From: a virus
Length of the DNA stretch: 64,000 nt
Strand: one strand, 5' to 3'
Virus record (IMG/VR): IMGVR_UViG_3300025132_008118
The position numbers were made by a program, and so were the translations under genes. The notes beneath the pieces were generated by a model that was not told where the DNA came from, searched no databases, and worked only from the letters and a program-made list of their open reading frames with translations. How positions within the stretch are numbered: position 1 is the stretch's first letter; each line of letters starts with the position of its first letter. Below, in pieces: positions 20,002 to 28,365 of this stretch.

Positions 20002-20906
20002 TGTTGAATAATATTTATAGACACGCTGCCCCCGGCGTTTAGAACACCTTCAGTTACTGTCCCTTTATTGTCGTATTTTAAAGATACGTCTGAAATAGAA
20101 GGTACAATTAATTTAATTTTATTTTCATTATCAGACGTGAAAGTAGCCTTATCATCTTCTATTTCAAAAATAGAATCAGTATCTTCTTCATTAAAATCTA
20201 AATATGAAGCTTCTTCTAGTAAATCTTCTTGATTTTCATTTTCAACTTTTTCATCTTCTATATTTTCATTCAATTCGGACTCCATTTTTACGATATCGTT
20301 TTTTCTATCGTTATCTATAATTGGTTTAGATGGTGAAGTAAATGACGAAGTAACTGATGTAACTTCAAAAGCTTCTGTTAAAACAACTGACCCAATATCA
20401 TTAAAAACTTCAATTGATCCTACATATCGATTACCATTATTATCCTCAGAAGGTAATAAAGTAAAGGTACTTTTACCGGATTCTTTAACTACAACTTCAA
20501 AGTCTGTACCTCTAACTGATACCGAAGCAGTTGGTGTAGTTATTTTAATATTTTCTTTACTATTTTTAGCTATTAGACCTGATGTATATCTTAACGTGCC
20601 AAATGATGCTTTTAAATTAACTTTTCCCTTTTTACTATTATTATCATATACAAATTCATCAATTATTAATGATGAATATTTTGATATTGTAACTTTAGTT
20701 TCATCAACAAATAAAATTTTTACAGTGCCGTCTAAAGTCTCTATTTCATCATACATTTCAACTGGTGTACCTATACCAGTTAAATATTTTTCTGAACCTC
20801 TAGTAATTTGCGCTGATTGTGACTGAAAAGAAACCTCCCCTACTTTAGCTAAAGCGGAGGAGGTTAATAAAAATAAAACTACTAAAAAATTAAGGACCGA
20901 CTTCAA
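19998..20906 (-). CDS. Secreted FecR-domain protein (likely TTG start at 20906)
   Basis: Signal peptide ending SALA, DEIETLDG..KILFVDET, ITTPTASVSVRGTDF, GSIEV. Confidence 0.85.
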   Translation of the reverse strand: MKSVLNFLVVLFLLTSSALAKVGEVSFQSQSAQITRGSEKYLTGIGTPVEMYDEIETLDGTVKILFVDETKVTISKYSSLIIDEFVYDNNSKKGKVNLKASFGTLRYTSGLIAKNSKENIKITTPTASVSVRGTDFEVVVKESGKSTFTLLPSEDNNGNRYVGSIEVFNDIGSVVLTEAFEVTSVTSSFTSPSKPIIDNDRKNDIVKMESELNENIEDEKVENENQEDLLEEASYLDFNEEDTDSIFEIEDDKATFTSDNENKIKLIVPSISDVSLKYDNKGTVTEGVLNAGGSVSINIIQQ

Positions 20907-21675
20907 TAAACGTACCTTGCGCAAAATCAGGAATTGGAACTGGTTGTGTATAGCTTCCATTAAAATTACTTATAACGTCAAGACCTTCTAATCCAGCAGT
21001 ATAAGTACCATCTGATTGAATAATAGTAAATGTTGTATCGTTACCATAGTGGGTAAGCTCTAATGTTTGATATTCAGATCCCGATTGAACTAAGTTAATT
21101 GCATTATTATCACCTTGAAGTTGTAATGTTTGACTATGACCTAAACCTAAATTACCACCTTCTTGAATCGATGTAATAGTATTGCCATTACCAATTAGTG
21201 AAAAATCAGAAGAAGCTGCTATATTATTATTAAGATAAAAATCTAATACATTTGCATTACCTATAATGTAATTCTTAAGATATTGTTGAGAAATAACCGA
21301 AGCTTCAGACGATGTATCATCTTTTTTAACTGTAATATCATTACCATTACCTAAAATAGTATTAGTAAAAGTATTTTGATCACCTGTTACTATAATATCT
21401 TGAAGATTAGCATCACCTTCTATATAAAGACTAAAAGCAGTTTGGTCACCATCCCATTCAATATCTAATTCATTACTATTACCGATTTGAGAAATATCGA
21501 AATCACTATTATCCCCTGCAATAGTAGATATAGCGGTAGAAGTACCTATTCTATTACCTGAACCGACTTGTGTAATATCAAAGGTCCCGGTAGAACCTTC
21601 CTGCTCTAAGTATATTTCATTATTTGCAAATGCAATAGTACTTGTTAATAATAATGCTAGTAGTGTTGTTTTCAT
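20890..21675 (-). CDS. Curlin-repeat (CsgA/CsgB-like) secreted protein
   Basis: Signal peptide MKTTLLALLLTSTIAFA; repeated Q-x-G-x-x-N/G-N-x-N beta repeats (TQVGSGN, SQIGNSN, LQGDNN, ILGNGN); TAAATA-N5-ATG at 21675. Confidence 0.75.
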   Translation of the reverse strand: MKTTLLALLLTSTIAFANNEIYLEQEGSTGTFDITQVGSGNRIGTSTAISTIAGDNSDFDISQIGNSNELDIEWDGDQTAFSLYIEGDANLQDIIVTGDQNTFTNTILGNGNDITVKKDDTSSEASVISQQYLKNYIIGNANVLDFYLNNNIAASSDFSLIGNGNTITSIQEGGNLGLGHSQTLQLQGDNNAINLVQSGSEYQTLELTHYGNDTTFTIIQSDGTYTAGLEGLDVISNFNGSYTQPVPIPDFAQGTFIEVGP

Positions 21676-21708
21676 ATTAATATTTAGGAAAATCAACAAT
21701 TTTTTTTA

Positions 21709-22500
21709 TCATTCGATAAAATTCCACAAACCTTTTTCATCACCTTGCAACATTAAATCAATAATACATGCATCAATAGCTTTCCTTGTAGCAATTGAAA
21801 CTCTTTCATTTCTTGCATAACCTATTTCAGCCTCACCGTAATCATTAAATTCACCTAAATTTAATTCATCGGTATCAAAATATTTAAAAAATGTTGCTCC
21901 TGTACCGACACTTAATATAGTTTTACTAACAGTTGAAGATAATAATATTTGACCTGAATTAACACTAACAAATCTCATTGAAACAGTTACATTATCTTTT
22001 CTATACTGTTTTGAAACGCCAATACCCAAATAACTCGCTCCTATACCGCCTGATACAATATTACTTTCATATGAAATAATACCACCTTCAACCAACATAC
22101 CAGCAAATAATAATGCTCCTAAATCTTCTTCAGACTCATTAAAAGATTTTCTATTAGTTTTGATAATATTTCTTTCATTTAATAAGTTAGCAAGATTTGC
22201 TCTTTCAACAACATTAAACCATTTACCATTACCTGCTTCTATTAAAGATTCTATTACCCAAGCTTCACCACCTTGCGTAACTGCTGATGAAAAAGATGCA
22301 TAATTATCAGCAGTTTTTCTTTGACCTGTTTTATCATCAAAAGAGTAAACTGCTACAAATATCGGGGCTTCCTTTATATCTTTCATATCACCTTGTTCAA
22401 TCATATATGGTGGTTTCTGCACCCAAGGTGGATTTTGTACAGGTGTAGTTACACACCCTACCATTAATAATAAAGTTAAACTAATTAAAATTTTTATCAT
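21709..22500 (-). CDS. csgG: Curli secretion channel lipoprotein CsgG
   Basis: Lipobox LMVGC; AVYSFDDKTGQ, SAVTQG, WFNVVER..L.NLLNER, GGIISYE, VTVSMRFVSVNSG. Confidence 0.92.
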   Translation of the reverse strand: MIKILISLTLLLMVGCVTTPVQNPPWVQKPPYMIEQGDMKDIKEAPIFVAVYSFDDKTGQRKTADNYASFSSAVTQGGEAWVIESLIEAGNGKWFNVVERANLANLLNERNIIKTNRKSFNESEEDLGALLFAGMLVEGGIISYESNIVSGGIGASYLGIGVSKQYRKDNVTVSMRFVSVNSGQILLSSTVSKTILSVGTGATFFKYFDTDELNLGEFNDYGEAEIGYARNERVSIATRKAIDACIIDLMLQGDEKGLWNFIE

Positions 22501-22961
22501 GGGGTATCAGTCGTTGCCGGTGGTATATACAGCGAACCGATCGGTATAACTATACTAGTTGTTGAACCGTCAATTAGGTCGTTAATAGTAATATAAATTT
22601 GATCATCAGAAGATTTATACCAAGTTAATTCACTATCTTCAATTGCAAAAGTACCTGTATCTAAACCGTCATCAGCAAATAATTGTTCAGTAACTTGCTT
22701 GGCTAGTTCAGAATATATTCTAGCCTGTAAGCTTGATAAAAATGTATTAACAGCTGATCTTTCTTCAGCTAATTGAGCTTGCAACTGAGCTGATTCTAAC
22801 TCATCTTCAATAGCTTTTTTACGATTAAATGAAATTTGCTCTATAGTCAATTTATGAGCTGAATAACCTACCCCTGTAAATGTTGGTGATTTAAATTGAA
22901 ATACAATCTCACTACCAAATAACATGCAAGGTAGTAATAAACAAAGAAAAATATTTTTCAT
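22497..22961 (-). CDS. csgF: Curli assembly factor CsgF
   Basis: Signal peptide then SEIVFQFKSPTFTG; F...LQARIYSELA; adjacent to csgG. Confidence 0.85.
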   Translation of the reverse strand: MKNIFLCLLLPCMLFGSEIVFQFKSPTFTGVGYSAHKLTIEQISFNRKKAIEDELESAQLQAQLAEERSAVNTFLSSLQARIYSELAKQVTEQLFADDGLDTGTFAIEDSELTWYKSSDDQIYITINDLIDGSTTSIVIPIGSLYIPPATTDTP

Positions 22962-22974
22962 AAAAATTACTTAT

Positions 22975-23286
22975 TTACTTTTTAGTTTTTTTCAACAATT
23001 CTTCTTCTTTTAACTTATATTCTTTCTCTAGTAATTCTCTTCTTTCTTTTTCTTGTAGAATCATTTTTAATTTTATATTAAGACGAATCATATCATTATC
23101 TAACATTCTTACTTTATCAATTAATTCAATTAAAGTCTTTTTAGATGAACCGATTGTAGGTGATATATCTTTTGTTACCCACTGCCATACATAATAAACA
23201 AAATAACCTAAACCTACTGCAGCTATAATTGGAAATCCAAAGTCATTTACTAACTTTGAAAAATGGTCTATCATTTGATCATTCAT
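22975..23286 (-). CDS. Small single-TM coiled-coil protein (YvrJ-like)
   Basis: FGFPIIAAVGLGYFVYYVW TM followed by coiled coil. Confidence 0.55.
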   Translation of the reverse strand: MNDQMIDHFSKLVNDFGFPIIAAVGLGYFVYYVWQWVTKDISPTIGSSKKTLIELIDKVRMLDNDMIRLNIKLKMILQEKERRELLEKEYKLKEEELLKKTKK

Positions 23287-23288
23287 AA

Positions 23289-23570
23289 TTAATCCTTTCT
23301 TGCATCTTCTTTACCTTCAGAAGCTGCTATCCTATCCAAGTTTGGTTCTACATTAAAAGCGTGGGATATTAAAGTATCTATTTTAACTATTTCATTTGTC
23401 ATAACATCAACCCTATTCTGTAGACTTCCTATCATACCCCCAAGACCAGCTACTGATCCCTTAACGCCATTTAGTATAAATTTTAGAATAATAAATATAA
23501 ATAGACCACCAGATAAAGCTCCAGCAATTGGAAAGCCAACTTCTGTCAAAAACCTAATAAACCCACTCAT
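23289..23570 (-). CDS. Small single-TM coiled-coil protein (YvrJ-like), paralog of 22975..23286
   Basis: VGFPIAGALSGGLFIFIIL TM followed by heptads; TAAATA upstream. Confidence 0.55.
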   Translation of the reverse strand: MSGFIRFLTEVGFPIAGALSGGLFIFIILKFILNGVKGSVAGLGGMIGSLQNRVDVMTNEIVKIDTLISHAFNVEPNLDRIAASEGKEDARKD

Positions 23571-23650
23571 ATAGAATATTTATTAAAACTAACTAGTTGA
23601 AATATATATTATAATAAGTAAATATAAAAGATAAATAATATACCGGGGAT

Positions 23651-24031
23651 ATGGAACAATTAATTTTACACTTGACAGGAGATTATCTGCTACAAAGTGA
23701 CTGGATGGCTCTTAATAAGATTAAAAATAGTAGAGCAGCAGCAACACATGCTTTTGTATATTCAATCCCGTTTTTATTATTACAACCATCATTAGAAGCT
23801 TGGTTTGTAATATTTTTTACACACTTTATTATTGATCGTTTTGCTATTGCAAAATATATAGCATTTGCTAAAACTAAAGTAGCTCCCTGCAAGTGGTGGC
23901 CATCTTGGAAAGATTGCCACGTTAACGGTTATAATAAAGATATACCTGTTTGGTTATCGACATGGTTGTTAATTATTACTGATAATACAATCCATTTAAT
24001 TATCAATTACTTAGCTTTAAAGTATCTATAA
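23651..24031 (+). CDS. DUF3307 family membrane protein
   Basis: HLTGDYLLQSDWMA, HAFVY, THFIID, DNTIH. Confidence 0.85.
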   Translation: MEQLILHLTGDYLLQSDWMALNKIKNSRAAATHAFVYSIPFLLLQPSLEAWFVIFFTHFIIDRFAIAKYIAFAKTKVAPCKWWPSWKDCHVNGYNKDIPVWLSTWLLIITDNTIHLIINYLALKYL

Positions 24032-24033
24032 AA

Positions 24034-24061
24034 AAACTCTACTAATTAATTAGTAGAGTTT
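24034..24061. terminator. Perfect 28 bp palindrome between convergent genes, likely bidirectional terminator
   Basis: AAACTCTACTAATT/AATTAGTAGAGTTT flanked by A and T runs. Confidence 0.7.
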
Positions 24062-24084
24062 GTATAAAAAAAATAATTAATAAA

Positions 24085-24291
24085 TTATTTCTTAGCTTTA
24101 GTAGCAGGCTTTTTAGATCCTTTAACTGCAGGCTTTTTAGTCTTAGCTTTTAGTTCTTTTAGCTCAGCTTCTGCCTTTGCTGCAAGTTCTTTTGCTTCTT
24201 CTACTACTTTATTAACTTCGTCTTGATTATTTCTCGCTACGAGTGCGCCGACGACGAAACCGACGACGAATATTGCTATATCTATGATCAT
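24085..24291 (-). CDS. Small membrane-anchored protein with Lys/Ala-rich tail
   Basis: N-terminal TM, coiled coil, KKPA repeats. Confidence 0.55.
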   Translation of the reverse strand: MIIDIAIFVVGFVVGALVARNNQDEVNKVVEEAKELAAKAEAELKELKAKTKKPAVKGSKKPATKAKK

Positions 24292-24334
24292 AAGAAAATT
24301 ATTTAGTTACTTTTTCTTTAGTTTCCAGAAAGGT

Positions 24335-25102
24335 TTAAACATTTAATAAATTAAAATAATAATTATAATATTTTGTAATATTATCTATATTATCTTTATC
24401 TTCATCATTTTTTAGTAAATTAATAAATATTTCTTTATCATTACACCATTCTCTACCAGTCCAAAATTCAAACCCAGAAAATGTGCTTTTATATTTAGCA
24501 TGACTTTCGTAACTTGGACCCAAATAAAGATATTTTAAATTTAAATCTTTGGCCAACGCAATTTCTCTGTATGTAGAAAATCTACCCAAACCCAAGGATG
24601 GATCCGCGTAGTCCCAACAAAATTGATGTGCCATTAGACTATCACCAACAATTTCTGTATTAGTAAATGCTACATCTCCGAATAATATGTAAATATCATT
24701 ATCAGATTTTTTATAATAATTATAAAATTCTTGTTCTGTTAAAGTATCAGTAAATTTTTTATAGTTTATATATTTTAAATAAATTTTATATAGTTTTTCA
24801 AAATCAGGATTTTTTGTAATCTCTATTTTAATACCGCTTTTTTCTATTCTTTTCCAACATTTAGTTTCTTTATTTATTTTTTTATGTTTACTTAAATTTA
24901 ATCTAGCTACACGACTCTGGAACCAAATTATTTTATTATTTTTCATAAAATTTGTATTTTGATTATACCATTGATCTGATGGATACCAACCTTCATCTAA
25001 AGCTTCTTGCTCACCACCTTTTTCAACTATTGCAGTAATTAGATAATGATGGAAATCGTAATCTGCTTGCTTACCACAAATATGATCAAAATATAATTTC
25101 AT
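24335..25102 (-). CDS. Aminoacyl-tRNA-protein transferase (ATE/Bpt-like)
   Basis: ALDEGW, WFQSRVARL, C-terminal FCWDY...LGLGRFSTYREIALAKDLNLKYLYLG...KYK matches ATE_C pattern. Confidence 0.7.
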   Translation of the reverse strand: MKLYFDHICGKQADYDFHHYLITAIVEKGGEQEALDEGWYPSDQWYNQNTNFMKNNKIIWFQSRVARLNLSKHKKINKETKCWKRIEKSGIKIEITKNPDFEKLYKIYLKYINYKKFTDTLTEQEFYNYYKKSDNDIYILFGDVAFTNTEIVGDSLMAHQFCWDYADPSLGLGRFSTYREIALAKDLNLKYLYLGPSYESHAKYKSTFSGFEFWTGREWCNDKEIFINLLKNDEDKDNIDNITKYYNYYFNLLNV

Positions 25103-25743
25103 TATTCTGAATCCATATAATGTAAGTCAGTAAACTCTGTCATAAACGAATTATCAGTATATTTTACTCTTTTATTTTCTACACTATAAACGTTCTGATC
25201 AATTTGATATCCCGGGTTTTCTTTTAATGGATTTTCCACCCAAGCATCATCGTGCCAGATAATTCTATTATTAGGGTAAGCATAAAAATTTCCATTTTGC
25301 ATTTTAAATAAATGTGCACATTTATGCTCCGGGTGTTCAGAAAAATTTGTATCTAATATAGCTTTATTTTCCCAACCCCAATCGATTGTAAACATATACT
25401 CGCCCCATTCTCTTTTGTTAGTTGGTGTTATTAGTATACCTCTTAGACCTTTCAATCTTGTTCTTACACCTACATCAACGTATGGGGAAAAACAATCCCA
25501 ATACATAGCCTCTTCTAAAGGTACAGGGTCACATTCTTTCCAACATAAAGCCGTTAAAGGTCTTCTTGTCCAGTTTACACCATTATCTAAATAACACTCA
25601 AACAAAGGAACTCTTTTTTCTAATGAAGTTACAGAATGAACATCACATAATGTATATTCTTTATGACCCTTTTCATGATTAAAAAGATATTCGTTCCTAA
25701 TTAAACATGTAAAACACGGTAAATTATGAGTTAAATACGGCAT
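25102..25743 (-). CDS. Conserved hypothetical phage protein
   Basis: 213 aa; MPYLTHNLP, WDCFS, YMFTIDW, HKCAH, FYAYPNNRI. Confidence 0.6.
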   Translation of the reverse strand: MPYLTHNLPCFTCLIRNEYLFNHEKGHKEYTLCDVHSVTSLEKRVPLFECYLDNGVNWTRRPLTALCWKECDPVPLEEAMYWDCFSPYVDVGVRTRLKGLRGILITPTNKREWGEYMFTIDWGWENKAILDTNFSEHPEHKCAHLFKMQNGNFYAYPNNRIIWHDDAWVENPLKENPGYQIDQNVYSVENKRVKYTDNSFMTEFTDLHYMDSE

Positions 25744-25744
25744 A

Positions 25745-26485
25745 TTATACCTTTAATGCCATATCCCAAATGACTAATTGTAATCTTGGACTAAATTTAA
25801 AGTTATGCTTCTTACATAACTCAGCTACCATAGCTGATTTCTGGGTATGTTCCTCCCTACTACCTGCACAAGGCATTAACCACACATTTTCAGGATTAAC
25901 TAGTCCATTATCAATATATTTTTCGAATAATTCCTTTTCATCTTCTTCATTATTAATAACAAACTTAAAACATTCATTATTACTATTATGATGAGCTATA
26001 ACATCAGGCTTATATCTACGCTTTTCAGGGTCTCCATTATTACTCATCTTAGGGGACAAAGTAAAATCAGCATTAAAATCATCATACCATCTATCCATAG
26101 GTTTAAGAGTACTATTCGATTCAAAATCTATTTTAGGTATAAATCCAAATCTCTCAACAAATGTATCCATCCATAATAATAATCTTTTCTGCTGTAAAAG
26201 AGGTTCACCTCCAGTAATTTTTAATAATGCACCTCTTTTTAATTCTTTATCAAAACCATTCTTTTCATAAAAATCATTAAGTTCATCAAATGTGTATCGA
26301 TTTTTAATAGACCATGATACGAATGAATCACAACCATGAGGTGAATCTGCAGATGCAAATCCCTGACAAGTTAAATTGCACATTGCAAGTCTCATAAAGA
26401 CTGAAGGCCAACCAATATATTTACCTTCACCTTCAACGGTATAAAATACATGATCATCACTTAAAGATAAAATATCACTACTCAT
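25745..26485 (-). CDS. queE: 7-carboxy-7-deazaguanine synthase (radical SAM)
   Basis: FYTVEGEG..IGWPSVFMRLAMCNLTC...CDS, ITGGEPLLQ, FTLSPK, SPRLQLVIW. Confidence 0.9.
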   Translation of the reverse strand: MSSDILSLSDDHVFYTVEGEGKYIGWPSVFMRLAMCNLTCQGFASADSPHGCDSFVSWSIKNRYTFDELNDFYEKNGFDKELKRGALLKITGGEPLLQQKRLLLWMDTFVERFGFIPKIDFESNSTLKPMDRWYDDFNADFTLSPKMSNNGDPEKRRYKPDVIAHHNSNNECFKFVINNEEDEKELFEKYIDNGLVNPENVWLMPCAGSREEHTQKSAMVAELCKKHNFKFSPRLQLVIWDMALKV

Positions 26486-26489
26486 ACTA

Positions 26490-26508
26490 TAATTATATAA
26501 CAGTTCCT
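26490..26508 (-). promoter_or_regulatory. queE promoter, AGGAACTGTTATATAATTA element
   Basis: TTGATA-N17-TATAAT-N6-ATG; 18/19 identical to the element before the DNA polymerase. Confidence 0.6.
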
Positions 26509-26600
26509 TGATGATATCAACATAGAGTATATTATTTATGGTTTTTTAACCCATTTTTTTAAGGTTCATTTTTATGTTTTCCGGGTATAAATATTTGTAT

Positions 26601-27371
26601 ATGCCAAAAACAACAGCTACCCGAAAAAGGGTAAAATCGGTGAAGAGAAGAGTTAATATTATTGATTCGATCTCAGATATAACAGTCGAAAAACCTGATA
26701 AAAATTGGGATTTAGACTTCAAAATAAACGAAGAATATAAATTAACACCTAATCAGGTGGAATTTTTAATTAAAGCATTAAAACAAGATACGCGAATGTG
26801 TATGGTTGATGGACCTGCAGGCACTGCTAAAACTTATTTAGCTGTATTAGCTGCATTAAAAATGCTTAATAGAAAACAAATAGATAATATAATTTATATT
26901 AGGTCTATCGTTGAAAGTGCTTCAAGAAGTATGGGTGCGTTACCAGGTGAGTTAGAAGAAAAATTTGCTCCATGGTCGATGCCTTTAATCGATAAACTTG
27001 AAGAAATAACAACAGCAGGTGCTGGTAGTAACTTAATGAATAAAGGTTATATTAAGTGTATACCAGTTAACTTTACGAGGGGGTTAACATTTAAAAATGC
27101 ATGTGTTATAATTGATGAGGCCCAAAATATGACAAATTCAGAACTAACTACTATTTTGACCAGGTTTGGTGAAGATAGTAAATATCTAGTTGTAGGTGAT
27201 ACTTATCAAGCTGATATCGGTGTTAAAAGTGGTTTTAAAAATATATTAAAAGCTTTTGATGATGATACTTGTATTGATAATGGTATATCAACTTTTAGAT
27301 TTGATGAAGAAGATATAGTAAGAAGTGAAATCTTAAGATTTATCGTCGAGAGACTCAACACCATTCATTAA
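26601..27371 (+). CDS. phoH: PhoH family ATPase (start reassigned to MPKTT)
   Basis: GPAGTAKT, GALPGELEEK, RGLTF, IIDEAQN, GDTYQAD, DIVRS; TATAAATA at 26586-26593. Confidence 0.92.
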   Translation: MPKTTATRKRVKSVKRRVNIIDSISDITVEKPDKNWDLDFKINEEYKLTPNQVEFLIKALKQDTRMCMVDGPAGTAKTYLAVLAALKMLNRKQIDNIIYIRSIVESASRSMGALPGELEEKFAPWSMPLIDKLEEITTAGAGSNLMNKGYIKCIPVNFTRGLTFKNACVIIDEAQNMTNSELTTILTRFGEDSKYLVVGDTYQADIGVKSGFKNILKAFDDDTCIDNGISTFRFDEEDIVRSEILRFIVERLNTIH

Positions 27372-27602
27372 TTCTTTTAAAGCTTGTTCAAGTCCAACCG
27401 GTGTAACATTTAGAACTGGTTGGACTTTTTTATCTTCCGAAGGAGGTGGTGTTGATACTTCTTGCATTTTAGCAAATACATCTTGTTCTAATTTTACCTG
27501 TTGTGGGTCACGTTCCCTAGTTGATGGTATACCACTCGATATACCTGTTTGGTTTATTGAAGTTTTGTTTACATTATTCTGGTATATGTCTTCTAACCCC
27601 AT
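27333..27602 (-). CDS. Hypothetical protein
   Basis: 89 aa ORF coupled to queD. Confidence 0.45.
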   Translation of the reverse strand: MGLEDIYQNNVNKTSINQTGISSGIPSTRERDPQQVKLEQDVFAKMQEVSTPPPSEDKKVQPVLNVTPVGLEQALKELMNGVESLDDKS

Positions 27603-28255
27603 TATGAATTACCCCATGATGTACCTGCAAAAGGATCTCTTAAATCGTATGATTTTTTACTTGTTAGTGGAGGAACACGAGGTTCTTCTTCTACTACCGG
27701 TTCATTTTTAACTTCATCATTTATTATAGCTGCAGCTTCTTCTAGTGTAACTGTTTGATCATCAACCATACTACCTGGATTTAAAGTAATATGACCTAAA
27801 TCGTGAGTTGCATTTAATAACTCTTCATATATAGCACTATTACCTTCATGCTCCCAAACTTCTACTTTTATAATTCTAACTCTATTGTTAGTTTGCTCAG
27901 TTACAAGCTTATTTGCATTTTCATATACCCATTCAGCAGTTCTTTCAATACCAACACCTTTATCAGCAATACGTAAATCGATCATACCCTTTTCAGACAT
28001 CAACTTAAATGTATCTAACTCTGGATCATCAGCAGCTACTACAGTTGTATGATCGTACTGCTTTTCTAGAAGATTTTTAATCTCTTTACAACCACCAAAA
28101 TCGTAGATCCAATTCTTATGATCTAATTCATCTGCTGTAAACCATAATTTACACTGTAATCTATAGCCATGAATTAACTTGCAATGACTATCTGCTCTCC
28201 ACTGACGAAAGGCTGTACTACCCATCGGTATAATCTTTGTTGATACATATCTCAT
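27602..28255 (-). CDS. queD: 6-carboxytetrahydropterin synthase with acidic C-terminal extension
   Basis: HCKLIHGY, WIYDFG, DHT, VEVWEHEGNSAIY. Confidence 0.9.
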   Translation of the reverse strand: MRYVSTKIIPMGSTAFRQWRADSHCKLIHGYRLQCKLWFTADELDHKNWIYDFGGCKEIKNLLEKQYDHTTVVAADDPELDTFKLMSEKGMIDLRIADKGVGIERTAEWVYENANKLVTEQTNNRVRIIKVEVWEHEGNSAIYEELLNATHDLGHITLNPGSMVDDQTVTLEEAAAIINDEVKNEPVVEEEPRVPPLTSKKSYDLRDPFAGTSWGNS

Positions 28256-28365
28256 ACTATTATTATGATAACAATTTATTAAAAATCAACTATTTATAAA
28301 ATAATGGTTGACTTCGAAAAAAATAACTTTAAAATATCTTTAGATAGAGAGAAGGGACGAGATAA

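Noticed and set aside
24249-24270. Direct repeat CCGACGACGAA x2
   Set aside because: Encodes FVVG-FVVG in a transmembrane helix; no evidence of a regulatory or mobile role.
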